A stretch of DNA of 64,000 nt from a virus (lineage: Duplodnaviria > Caudoviricetes). The notes under the pieces are model-generated. The model saw only the letters and a program-made list of their open reading frames with translations, had not been told where the DNA came from and searched no databases. This document shows positions 9,355 through 18,291 of this stretch, one piece after another. Within the stretch, counting starts at the first letter, position 1. Each line of letters begins with the position of its first letter. The DNA lies in the IMG/VR virus record IMGVR_UViG_3300036987_000310, positions 256,001-320,000 of that record; one strand, given 5' to 3'. The position numbers and the translations under genes are program-made.

Positions 9355-9608
9355 GCGATAATGGAGTTGACATGAATCTGAAAGATGGAAAACTGCTGAT
9401 TTTTTCTGGAACCAACTGGAAGCTTGCCGGCGACAAGAAATGGGTGGAACACACTGTTCCATACCTGGCGAACGGAAACGAGAAATACGTCGGGGAGCGC
9501 ATCATCGACGGGGCCCCCCACGCAGTGTTCAAACTGTGCGACGACGATTTTGGCGCTCAGCTAAAATCCATTGCGACAAATGCGTCGGCCCCGAGCGTCA
9601 AAGACTAA
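9351..9608 (+). CDS. hypothetical protein
   Basis: ATGA overlap with exonuclease gene. Confidence 0.5.
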   Translation: MSDNGVDMNLKDGKLLIFSGTNWKLAGDKKWVEHTVPYLANGNEKYVGERIIDGAPHAVFKLCDDDFGAQLKSIATNASAPSVKD

Positions 9609-9669
9609 GCGCGTTTGCCGAACAAATTCGGACGTATACTTCGAAAAAGTTACCACTGCGGAGTAAAGC

Positions 9670-10065
9670 ATGGGCGTGGAAACAGTCCTTTTTCAGCAGG
9701 TCTGGCAGCGCATTTACAACCCGAGGTCAGGCTGTCCCGACATCGAGATCAGCCGCGTCCTCGATGTCATGGTGGAGATTCTGGCCCCATCGATGCCAGG
9801 GCTGACGGACCCCGAGAAACGCATCCTTGCTCGCACGGCCATCGAGGGCGAGGTCCACACAAGCAACTTCACCATGGCTGCCAGAGCCATGGTTGACAGG
9901 TACACGGGGGATATCGACAAGGATGGCTACCCTGTGCCCAGAGAATGGTCCGACGTCGAGGCCGATGAGGAGATCAAGGCTGCTGAGGCCCTGACAGCCA
10001 TGACGGCATTGAAGGATCGAAAGCTCTTGGTTGAGGCTGGTCCCAACCTGTGGAGGCTTGCATGA
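9670..10065 (+). CDS. hypothetical protein (GC-rich cassette gene 1)
   Basis: GGAG SD; GC3-rich. Confidence 0.6.
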   Translation: MGVETVLFQQVWQRIYNPRSGCPDIEISRVLDVMVEILAPSMPGLTDPEKRILARTAIEGEVHTSNFTMAARAMVDRYTGDIDKDGYPVPREWSDVEADEEIKAAEALTAMTALKDRKLLVEAGPNLWRLA

Positions 10066-10748
10066 GAGTCAAGAGCTGCGAATATACGTTGTTGGTTGAC
10101 TTCGATTACAACCCTGGTCTATCCACCCGCCTGCTCGACCAGGACGGATTTCCGTGGGAGACCGTCTCCAGCAAGGGTGTGCTGGAGGATCACAGCATTC
10201 AGATCGGTATCAGGCCCCTGCGGGCGAACGCCCCTACGGAGGTCCGCGAACTCTTCTGCTGGGATGAACGGCTGCCGACGGCCATGGCCCACAGGGTCTA
10301 CGACGCCATGGCGCACCTGGAGGCTATCGATTGGCAGATCACCACAGTCTTCGTCAACCCGAAAGACACGATGCCGCTGAACGTCAATGTGGGATGCCTG
10401 TCTAAGGAAGAGAGTTGCCCTGAGGGCCATGTCATGTTCTCTGCCGGGGGCTTCACATGGGGTCCGCTGCCTCTGTCGCCCCTGGTATCGCCTCCGAGGT
10501 GGCCCTTCCCTGGACACACGCAGGCCGGGGCTAGGGCTACGACCCTAACCCTGACACCATCACCGAGCGGACACCACCTGAAGGCGTCGCTGTCCCTGGG
10601 AGGCCAGGCGGCGCTATATGTGGACCTGCCGTGGCAGGATGCCATCGGGTTCGCTTCCCTGGCCTCCAAAGAGGGTTGGGAAAAGGCCACTGCGATGTTC
10701 TACCCTCACGGGGCTAGGATCGTGGGGGTGGCGGATGAACAAGGGTGA
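10062..10748 (+). CDS. hypothetical protein (GC-rich cassette gene 2)
   Basis: GGAGG SD; ATGA overlap. Confidence 0.6.
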   Translation: MRVKSCEYTLLVDFDYNPGLSTRLLDQDGFPWETVSSKGVLEDHSIQIGIRPLRANAPTEVRELFCWDERLPTAMAHRVYDAMAHLEAIDWQITTVFVNPKDTMPLNVNVGCLSKEESCPEGHVMFSAGGFTWGPLPLSPLVSPPRWPFPGHTQAGARATTLTLTPSPSGHHLKASLSLGGQAALYVDLPWQDAIGFASLASKEGWEKATAMFYPHGARIVGVADEQG

Positions 10749-11001
10749 CCACATCACGGCAAGCTGGATGCGCACCAGGTTGGCCTGCCTGGCTGGGGTG
10801 CAGATGAAGCTGGAGGGTCAGCAGGTCACTGTTTCGGGCATCGTGCGGCACGTCCGAGGCAATGACCCCACCGCTCCCACGAGCATCCGAATCTACATCG
10901 ACCCGGACGATCCTGCCTGCGATCTGCCGAGGACCCGCCCTCCGCGTTGTATATGCTCGAAACCCCACGTCGAGATCGAACCCCAGCACATCGTTCGCTG
11001 A
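10735..11001 (+). CDS. hypothetical protein (GC-rich cassette gene 3)
   Basis: start overlaps previous gene; GC3-rich. Confidence 0.55.
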   Translation: MNKGDHITASWMRTRLACLAGVQMKLEGQQVTVSGIVRHVRGNDPTAPTSIRIYIDPDDPACDLPRTRPPRCICSKPHVEIEPQHIVR

Positions 11002-11072
11002 AATCTTCAAAAGAGTTTTTGAAACGTCGTATACTTTAGACTTTTAATGTAATGTTTAGTAGTTGGTAAACA

Positions 11073-11429
11073 ATGAACAAATTCGGAGAATACGTTAAAA
11101 ACGTCCGGGAAGCTAAAAAGGCTGAGGACTCAAGTTTTTCTCTTAGAAAAATTGCCCGAAAAGCGGGGATGTCTCCAACATTTCTAAGCCGAATGGAATC
11201 TGGGTCTGACTCTTCGCTTCCGTCAGATGAAAAAATAGTTAAACTCGCTGAAGCCATAGGGGAAGACCCCGACGTCTTATTGGCTGTGGCTGGAAGAGTT
11301 TCAAGAAGGCTCCAGGATGTCATAACAAAGCGGCCACAGCTTTTTAGGGAATTGATCCTCCAGTTAAAAGACGCTCCCGATCATGCGATTCTGAGGGTGG
11401 TTCGAGAAGTCAGAGACGGAAAGTGGTGA
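11073..11429 (+). CDS. XRE-family helix-turn-helix regulator
   Basis: FGEYVKNVR...SLRKIARKAGMSPTFLSRMESG. Confidence 0.9.
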   Translation: MNKFGEYVKNVREAKKAEDSSFSLRKIARKAGMSPTFLSRMESGSDSSLPSDEKIVKLAEAIGEDPDVLLAVAGRVSRRLQDVITKRPQLFRELILQLKDAPDHAILRVVREVRDGKW

Positions 11430-12685
11430 GGAATACGCAAATGTTGGAACTAAAAAACTACAAGCTCTTTTTTCAGTTTTCGGAAGTTCATCCGAGCGCT
11501 AGACTCGAAGTGATCTTTCACCGAACGCTTCGCATTCCGGACGACGAAAAAACTTACCCGCTCCCCCCGAGCTTAGGAACTTTTCCGATTGCCCATGTCG
11601 ACGACTACAAAGACAAGGTTCCGGAAAAATGGATAAAGCACGGCGGGGTAATGCTCCCCATGTGGCAATCTGAAGCAGTGTGGCTTCAGTTCGTGTCGTG
11701 TCATGTTCCCGGTCATTCGCATGTGTGGCCTTTTGCCATCAAGGTTTCCACTGGGAAAAGGTCTGCAGTCACCGGGAAAGCATGGTCAAAGACTCTTCGA
11801 GAAGGAGACTACCTGGTCATCCCGGAACAGAAATGGCTTGACGGGTATGTAGTGGAAGACGGCGTAATCAGGCAGTTTATCGCTGCTCCGCTTGGGATGG
11901 GCGCCACGGCAGAGGAGCAGATCACTGGGAAGGCTGAACACGGTGGTCTGCAGATCGAAGTATACCCCATGTCCGCTGTCGAATATATGAAAAGATGGCC
12001 TCAGCTCCCTGTTACACGTCAACGCAGGTCCATACTCCGAAGTTATGACAACGGCGAGGAAAAAACGCTTGGCGGAGTCGAGCTTTTTGACTTTGACTAT
12101 GAAAGAGAAGCCGATGATGACACGACGCCAATCGCGTGTGCTGGGTCTAGCGCGTATCTAACCGGATCCGTAAACGTTTCCAACATTTCCGAGATTTCCG
12201 AGAGTTGGTCGTCGACGTCAGTCAACACGGTCAACGCATCGTGGAACGGAGCTCGCGGCATAACGACGAAGAACTGCTCACTCACGCCGCAGTCTGCAAC
12301 AATTCGTCCCGACATGGGTCTTGCTCCTGGTGGCCGGATGGCGCAACAGGTGTTTTCTGACACCTATGGCATGGAAGTTTGGGACACAAGTCACCACGAT
12401 AGGTGCTTCGTTCACTTGTCAAACTCTTTAGCATGGAAGGCCATCACAGGGAAAGATGCGCCGACCATTCCGCTGTCTGCGGCAGACTATAGTCGACATG
12501 GAATGCCCTGGTTCAGTCACTATTGTGATGCCCCAACCGTGAAGCCTTCCAAAAAGATTGCCGGACTAAAGAGCGCCATACAGATCGGTGAAGAAAAAGG
12601 CGTCCCTATTGTTTTGGAGAATGAGTCGGCACAGCCGAAAACTGTTGTGCACACGACAGAAGTGCGCGATGGAAAGTGGGGTTGA
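11423..12685 (+). CDS. conserved protein of unknown function
   Basis: 420-aa ORF with RTLRIPDD..YPLPP, GGVMLPMWQSEA, QKWLDG, IRQFIAAPLG, GLAPGG, PWFSHY blocks; ATG alternative at 11441. Confidence 0.75.
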   Translation: MVRNTQMLELKNYKLFFQFSEVHPSARLEVIFHRTLRIPDDEKTYPLPPSLGTFPIAHVDDYKDKVPEKWIKHGGVMLPMWQSEAVWLQFVSCHVPGHSHVWPFAIKVSTGKRSAVTGKAWSKTLREGDYLVIPEQKWLDGYVVEDGVIRQFIAAPLGMGATAEEQITGKAEHGGLQIEVYPMSAVEYMKRWPQLPVTRQRRSILRSYDNGEEKTLGGVELFDFDYEREADDDTTPIACAGSSAYLTGSVNVSNISEISESWSSTSVNTVNASWNGARGITTKNCSLTPQSATIRPDMGLAPGGRMAQQVFSDTYGMEVWDTSHHDRCFVHLSNSLAWKAITGKDAPTIPLSAADYSRHGMPWFSHYCDAPTVKPSKKIAGLKSAIQIGEEKGVPIVLENESAQPKTVVHTTEVRDGKWG

Positions 12686-12686
12686 T

Positions 12687-12932
12687 ATGTCTTGCAGGAT
12701 CACGTGCTGTTCGAATCACTGCTACCATGTAAACACAGACCCGATTCACATGGTAGTTCCATACGGCCATTTGATATACAAATGCTGCAAGTGCGGACAC
12801 ATTATGGTAACTGCTCCATACCACCCGGTCCAAACGTGGGCTTGGAGCCCGACTGTCATGCCGGGGCCCGTCACAGTTTGCACGACATGGTCATTCAATC
12901 GCGATCAAGTTAGGGGTGGAAGGTGGACTTGA
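12687..12932 (+). CDS. small Cys/His-rich protein
   Basis: ATG 1 nt after previous stop; CC..HC..H and CCKCGH; ends QVRGGRWT. Confidence 0.55.
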   Translation: MSCRITCCSNHCYHVNTDPIHMVVPYGHLIYKCCKCGHIMVTAPYHPVQTWAWSPTVMPGPVTVCTTWSFNRDQVRGGRWT

Positions 12933-12960
12933 CTTCGGGCTTTGATGCATGTGAAAACGT

Positions 12961-13263
12961 ATGACTCCTGCGCAAGCATCAGCTCTCCTTCGAAATATTG
13001 CCGAGAAAATCGACAATTCAACCCTTCCGTCTATTTCCCTGGTTGCTGCTACATTGCAAAATGTCGTTGTAGCCCTCGAGGGAGACTCGTTTAGCAGCCC
13101 CCCTGGAGGAGCTTTGGACGATAGGCAGCAGAAGGAGATAGAGCGAAGGAAACAAAAGGAGAGCGAAAATATTTTGAAGAAAACGCAGGAAGACCTCGGG
13201 AAAAATGTCGAGCGTCTTGTTGAAGATGGGTTTAAAAATCTTGAGAAACAAATTGGCAGCTAG
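12961..13263 (+). CDS. hypothetical helical protein
   Basis: 100-aa ORF. Confidence 0.6.
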   Translation: MTPAQASALLRNIAEKIDNSTLPSISLVAATLQNVVVALEGDSFSSPPGGALDDRQQKEIERRKQKESENILKKTQEDLGKNVERLVEDGFKNLEKQIGS

Positions 13264-13320
13264 TCCCATACCGTTTGTCCACAGAACGTAAATACGCTTA
13301 CTTTTTAAGTAAACTGGCAT

Positions 13321-13818
13321 GTGTTTAAGTTTCTAGCCAGTCATGTGAAGGTAAAGCGTGTCAGAGTCTCTCTTCTTCTGAAAAACAGAAGTCTCAGATC
13401 GTCAGACATTCTTGACAATCTCCGACCGAGCGTAACGCTCGAGTTTCCAGGCGGAAAGTGCAAGACGATAGTCATGAACGACTGGCGAAAGTCTCCGTCT
13501 GACGTGTACACTAAACTTGAAAGGATAGTTAGACACTTTTCTGGAGATAAGCCTGAGGCATGCTACGAAGCTTCCAAAAGGATATGGAAGCGCGTCAAAA
13601 CAGCAGTGCGCGCCGAATCCAGAAAAAAGTCCGTAAAGAAAAGATTTGACACAGCACACAGAAGAGAAATTCGTCGGTATGTTTTGTCAGACATAGAAAA
13701 TAGTCTAAAGGCCCTATCTAAAAAATCGATAGCAAAACACATTCGGCCGAAAGATTTGGCTGAAGTATGGAAGCGCCTTCAGGGAGAAAACATGGTGGAA
13801 AAGATCATGAACGGATGA
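13321..13818 (+). CDS. basic protein with C-terminal VEKIMNG tag
   Basis: K/R-rich 165-aa ORF; shared C-terminal motif. Confidence 0.6.
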   Translation: MFKFLASHVKVKRVRVSLLLKNRSLRSSDILDNLRPSVTLEFPGGKCKTIVMNDWRKSPSDVYTKLERIVRHFSGDKPEACYEASKRIWKRVKTAVRAESRKKSVKKRFDTAHRREIRRYVLSDIENSLKALSKKSIAKHIRPKDLAEVWKRLQGENMVEKIMNG

Positions 13819-13819
13819 T

Positions 13820-14434
13820 TTATTCGTCGTGTTGACTAGGCATTGCAGGTCTAGTCTCGTCATCTTCCCAGTCTTCTGTTTGTTTCGGCGCCTTCCACAA
13901 CCACAAAATCGTCGCCACGCTCAAGATGGCCAGTCCAACGGCCAGCCCGAATGTCGATAGCCCCACCACCCTAGCATACTGGCTTCCTTTGTCAGCCATG
14001 ACTGCCTTTGCGGCTATCGGGACCAGAAAAGCTGCATGCATCAGATGGTCGACGCCAAAAATTAAAACCATGCCGCGCGGCTTAAGTCTCCACGTGACAA
14101 ATCCTGCATACGGACTTTCCTTCATTTCTGGCGGGCGACGAATAAACCGTGCCCATAGCCACACTGGCGCATATGTGTCTATGGCTCCATGAGACATGAA
14201 CAGCGTGAGAACAACAGAAACGATCATCGACGTTTGGTCAAACAATAAAGACAGGATTGGAATGTACGCGGCTGCGTATGCGGCGCTGTGAACCGCCAGC
14301 ATCCACGGAGATTCTTCAGTTTTTCTTCTCGCCATGGAATCAGTTTGCGTCATCCAGTCTGCCAACAGGTGCACAAACATCAGAATGGCGAAAATGCCGC
14401 CCGTTTCTTGTATGAAATTGGTCACATGTTGCAA
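13820..14434 (-). CDS. DUF3307-like membrane protein
   Basis: HLLADW.TQ, HSAAY, HGAID, VDHLMH His motifs within hydrophobic helices. Confidence 0.7.
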   Translation of the reverse strand: MQHVTNFIQETGGIFAILMFVHLLADWMTQTDSMARRKTEESPWMLAVHSAAYAAAYIPILSLLFDQTSMIVSVVLTLFMSHGAIDTYAPVWLWARFIRRPPEMKESPYAGFVTWRLKPRGMVLIFGVDHLMHAAFLVPIAAKAVMADKGSQYARVVGLSTFGLAVGLAILSVATILWLWKAPKQTEDWEDDETRPAMPSQHDE

Positions 14435-14495
14435 CGATATTAAAATCTTTGGTAGTGTTTGTAGGTTACTTCAACGGCTTCCATGTGAGGAGCAA

Positions 14496-15614
14496 ATGGT
14501 CAAACCATCCGATATTGGTTGGGGAAAGTATAAGAAGTGGGAAGGTCCTCTTTATTATGGAGGCACCAAGTTTGTACTACCGTCAAAACCAACTGACGAA
14601 GAAAAAATAATTGCGGTGATCACTGCTACAGAGGGAGGGTCGTATTCAGCCATCAACATGTACGACTCGTGCGTACTGAGTTCGGGCCTCATTCAATGGT
14701 GCGAAGCCCATTATTTCGTGTCGAGCATGCTAGGGGCGGTAGCTGAAAAGGACCCGGCACTGCTGACGCCTTTGGACGATGCGCTCCGCGCGTCGTCTGC
14801 ATCGTTCAAGAAGCGTTCGGACGGAAAATGGCGCTTTTTCTTCACCGACAAGCGTGGTGAAGTGAATTCAGCCGTCAAGCAGCAGTCTTTATTCCTTGGC
14901 GGCAGCAACGGCTTGCTCGGTTCGTGGAATGAGGAATCGATTTTGCATGCGAAGACATGGGCTGCTGGCGTGGCGTCAGTGTGGGAAGATCAAACGGCTC
15001 AGCGCGTCCAGACATCGTACACAGCGTCCAGACTCGGCATGTTTGTGACGAAGGATGCCAAGGCCATTTTGTTTGGTCCGAATGCTCCACGCAACAATGA
15101 CGGCTTTTCCGGAGCGGTGCGGGCGGCGTTTTACAGCTTTGCCGCCAACCTTCCTGCTGTGGCTTCAGAACAGCTTCGTTTTGCTGCTAGCCAATCGCAT
15201 GCTCCAATTTGGTCAGAAGCATGGGCGATTGAAATCATTAAACAAATGACGCTCGGGCCAAAAATTCCGATATATCCGGGAAGATATAATAAAATCAGGC
15301 CGGTCATCGAATCGATGTATGGTGTCGATTTGCCTGATTTGGCCAACGATTTGGCTCAATGGTATGCCGACATGAACTCGACCTCCGGCACGTATCCGGA
15401 GTTTTTCGACATAAAAGAAATACAGGAGGAGCTGATCGCGGGAGGGTACGACATAGGTCCTCGCGGGGCAGACGGCGTTTTTGGCATGAAAACCAAACAA
15501 GCTTTGGCAGAGTTTCAGTCTTCACATGGGCTCGTGGCCGACGGAATCATGGGCCCGAATACTAGAAGAGCTATGTCGGAAGCCCATATCGGAAGAGTGT
15601 CAAATGTTCGTTAA
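14496..15614 (+). CDS. putative endolysin with C-terminal peptidoglycan-binding domain
   Basis: IQEEL...GYDIGPRGADGVFGMKT..ALAEFQSSHGLVADGIMGPNT (PG_binding_1); GAGGAG SD. Confidence 0.8.
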   Translation: MVKPSDIGWGKYKKWEGPLYYGGTKFVLPSKPTDEEKIIAVITATEGGSYSAINMYDSCVLSSGLIQWCEAHYFVSSMLGAVAEKDPALLTPLDDALRASSASFKKRSDGKWRFFFTDKRGEVNSAVKQQSLFLGGSNGLLGSWNEESILHAKTWAAGVASVWEDQTAQRVQTSYTASRLGMFVTKDAKAILFGPNAPRNNDGFSGAVRAAFYSFAANLPAVASEQLRFAASQSHAPIWSEAWAIEIIKQMTLGPKIPIYPGRYNKIRPVIESMYGVDLPDLANDLAQWYADMNSTSGTYPEFFDIKEIQEELIAGGYDIGPRGADGVFGMKTKQALAEFQSSHGLVADGIMGPNTRRAMSEAHIGRVSNVR

Positions 15615-15786
15615 ACCACTAGAAGAGTTGACAGACACTGAAGTCCTGGACTTGTTAGATCTGGTGAGCGAAGAATTGAAAAGAAGGAACTCGCTAAATG
15701 TGTGTCTTGGCGATGACGGGTACGACGACCAGGCTGTAAAACGCGCCACCGAGTTCCTTTCAACCGCGATTCGACTTAAAGGTTGA
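15604..15786 (+). CDS. small hypothetical protein
   Basis: start overlaps lysin stop. Confidence 0.5.
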   Translation: MFVKPLEELTDTEVLDLLDLVSEELKRRNSLNVCLGDDGYDDQAVKRATEFLSTAIRLKG

Positions 15787-16279
15787 CATCCACTGTCACT
15801 ACAGGAACAGGCTTTCTTTCTTCCAATTCCTTCTGAACCATCTCGAGAACACCATCTAAAGCCGACGCTGTTTCTTCCCATTTTTCCACATCTAGATTTT
15901 TCTCCCAGCTATCCAAATGTCTGCGCAGACACAACATGGCTTCATGCATGCGCTCCGTAAATTCCGGGGAACCGACATGAACTATGGTTCCGTCTACAAG
16001 CTGTTTGAATACCCATTCATTCTTGTCAGATCCGTCATGTGGCTGATGGTAATATGTAGAGGTTTCTGCGGCCTTTCCATCCTTTCGAACGGAGGCATCG
16101 ATTCGTGCTGTTCCTCGGATGCGGACCCACCCACCGACTTTTAGGTGTTCGAGTGGTGTCTCGACTCTAAGAGCCACTTTTTCGCTTGGACACTCGACTG
16201 TTGCAAAATGACTTTTCCCAACTGTCGTCAAAAAACACACGCGGCCAATGTGGGGGCCAATTTCAAATGTTGTTAGCAT
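15776..16279 (-). CDS. hypothetical protein
   Basis: 167-aa ORF; AGTGTAAT 8 nt upstream of ATG. Confidence 0.6.
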   Translation of the reverse strand: MLTTFEIGPHIGRVCFLTTVGKSHFATVECPSEKVALRVETPLEHLKVGGWVRIRGTARIDASVRKDGKAAETSTYYHQPHDGSDKNEWVFKQLVDGTIVHVGSPEFTERMHEAMLCLRRHLDSWEKNLDVEKWEETASALDGVLEMVQKELEERKPVPVVTVDVNL

Positions 16280-16337
16280 GGCGAAAAATTACACTGGATC
16301 GTAAGCTCTTCTAAAAAACTTCTGAACATGTTTTTCA

Positions 16338-16616
16338 ATGACGCTTTATTCGTTTGGGAAACTGATGGAAATACTTTGGCAACCGGAACCAGGTAAGTGT
16401 CACCATTGTGGACGGAAGTTTAAACTGGTGCGCCGATTCACTACTGGAAGACATCATGTCATATTTTGTTATTCTTGTTGGCAAAAAGCACAGGAAGGCA
16501 AGCAAGAACTTTTTGTAAACAGGCAGGAGTGGAGAGACAACACTGCCATGAAATTTGAGCTGTTCGACGATGTAAATGAGGAGCGTGGAGCCACACAAGA
16601 CGCTTGTTGGAACTGA
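16338..16616 (+). CDS. hypothetical zinc-finger protein
   Basis: CHHC...CYSC. Confidence 0.5.
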   Translation: MTLYSFGKLMEILWQPEPGKCHHCGRKFKLVRRFTTGRHHVIFCYSCWQKAQEGKQELFVNRQEWRDNTAMKFELFDDVNEERGATQDACWN

Positions 16617-17301
16617 AAACCGCCCAGACCTGTCCAAAGGTCCGGAAGCTTATTTTCAAACCGCTCTAAAATTCGTTCAAGAAAACTATTTGGACGAGCT
16701 TGAGAGAATATCGTCTGTAAATTTTGACACGGTTGATGACGATTTTTTCTTTCGCGAGTACGTGTGGGTCGTCCATGCCACCGGGTTTTCCGCAAAAGCT
16801 GTTGGAAAATTCATGCCAGAACTTTTGAAAGCTTACGGATGGTGGAATAAGCTAGCAGAAGATTCGTTTGAAGACATGATGGGCCGGGTCAAGCCGGTTT
16901 GCAACAACCCGCAAAAAGCCAAAGCTATATATGACACGGCAAAAAGAATGTTCCAGGCTATGTTTCCGACATCCGGGGAAGGGATGTTATGGAATGACTG
17001 GAAAAATGATAACCTGAGTTCGCCGGAACTTTTAACAAAGCTTCCTTATATAGGGAAGGTCACATGTTTCCATTTGGCTAGAAACATAGGTCTTTTGGAA
17101 TTTGTCAAACCGGACCTTCATTTGGTCAGGATGGCAAAACACTGGGGTTTTGGCAACTGTGTAGAAATGTGCGAAACACTGCAGAAACATCACGTTGACA
17201 ATGGCGGAAAAAAACTCCCGCTAGGAGTCATAGACCTCATTCTCTGGTATTCGGCAAGTCATTTCTCAACATTAAATATACGACAACCAGGGGACCGATG
17301 A
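16576..17301 (+). CDS. HhH-GPD superfamily DNA glycosylase-like protein
   Basis: LTKLPYIGKVT (HhH) followed by VKPDLHL (GPD-like Asp). Confidence 0.7.
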   Translation: MRSVEPHKTLVGTENRPDLSKGPEAYFQTALKFVQENYLDELERISSVNFDTVDDDFFFREYVWVVHATGFSAKAVGKFMPELLKAYGWWNKLAEDSFEDMMGRVKPVCNNPQKAKAIYDTAKRMFQAMFPTSGEGMLWNDWKNDNLSSPELLTKLPYIGKVTCFHLARNIGLLEFVKPDLHLVRMAKHWGFGNCVEMCETLQKHHVDNGGKKLPLGVIDLILWYSASHFSTLNIRQPGDR

Positions 17302-17328
17302 TTTATTGGTTCTAATGTATTATGCAGG

Positions 17329-18291
17329 ATGCATTACATATTTTGTGTGTCCGGGTTTTCAGGAACCGGAAAAGACGAGTTCTGCCGACGTCTTGTTGAA
17401 GGCCACAGTGCAGTTCATACTGGTTTAGCTGATCCAGCTAAACGTCACATGGCTGACATATACGGGTTCACTCACGATCAGTTGTTTGGTCCGAGTCATA
17501 TGCGCAACGCCGGGGACCCGAGGTATCCGAAAACTGCCATCACCAAGGCTGGTGCGAGACTGGCTGACATGTCCGAGTTATTAGACGTTAGCGGGGATGA
17601 CCACACGGATCCTGAAAAGATTTGGTGGTGTGCCGATTTGGACTTGACAGACGAAACTGAGATCAGAAATCTTGTAATGGCCCCGAACGGTTCCGCTTGC
17701 GCTGGAAAGAAGCTTTTTCAAAGCAGGCGACTTGGCGGAACTCAGGTGCGAATCTTCTTTGAAGACACAAACCCGATGTTCTTCCTATCGCCACGCGAGG
17801 CGCTTCAAAAGTATTGCGACCTGATGAATCGGATGTATCTGTGCACCTGGGTTCAGGCCGGCGTCGAGCTGCACAGAAAGTTGGCCGTGCTCAGAGACAT
17901 CCTGACTCGGGACGACCAGGTGAGTCGACCTGTTCATGCATACGACAGGATGCTTGGGCTGATGCCGAACGAATTCAGAGTCGGGTCTGAAGCGAGCTTT
18001 CATCGGCAGGCGACCTACGACGTCGTGACGTGCTTCTCGGACTTCCGGCACCGCCATGAGATCCGTTATGTTCGCGAGGCGGAAAGAGAACGCGGCGGCT
18101 TCAGGGCCGTGCTCATCAGGGTGAAGCGTCCCGGAGTGGAAAAACCGCCATTCAACCACCGCTCCGAGACAGAGCAGGCAACCATCCCAGACTCCGAATT
18201 CGACTACGTAGTCGACAACAACAACACAATTTCTGGCCTCCACGCTGTGGTGGACACGATCGTGAGCCAGGTGAAAGGCGAGAGCAAGTGA
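17329..18291 (+). CDS. deoxynucleoside monophosphate kinase
   Basis: SGFSGTGKD P-loop, LADPAK, SPREALQ, SDFRHRHE, HRSE, FDYVVDN. Confidence 0.85.
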   Translation: MHYIFCVSGFSGTGKDEFCRRLVEGHSAVHTGLADPAKRHMADIYGFTHDQLFGPSHMRNAGDPRYPKTAITKAGARLADMSELLDVSGDDHTDPEKIWWCADLDLTDETEIRNLVMAPNGSACAGKKLFQSRRLGGTQVRIFFEDTNPMFFLSPREALQKYCDLMNRMYLCTWVQAGVELHRKLAVLRDILTRDDQVSRPVHAYDRMLGLMPNEFRVGSEASFHRQATYDVVTCFSDFRHRHEIRYVREAERERGGFRAVLIRVKRPGVEKPPFNHRSETEQATIPDSEFDYVVDNNNTISGLHAVVDTIVSQVKGESK

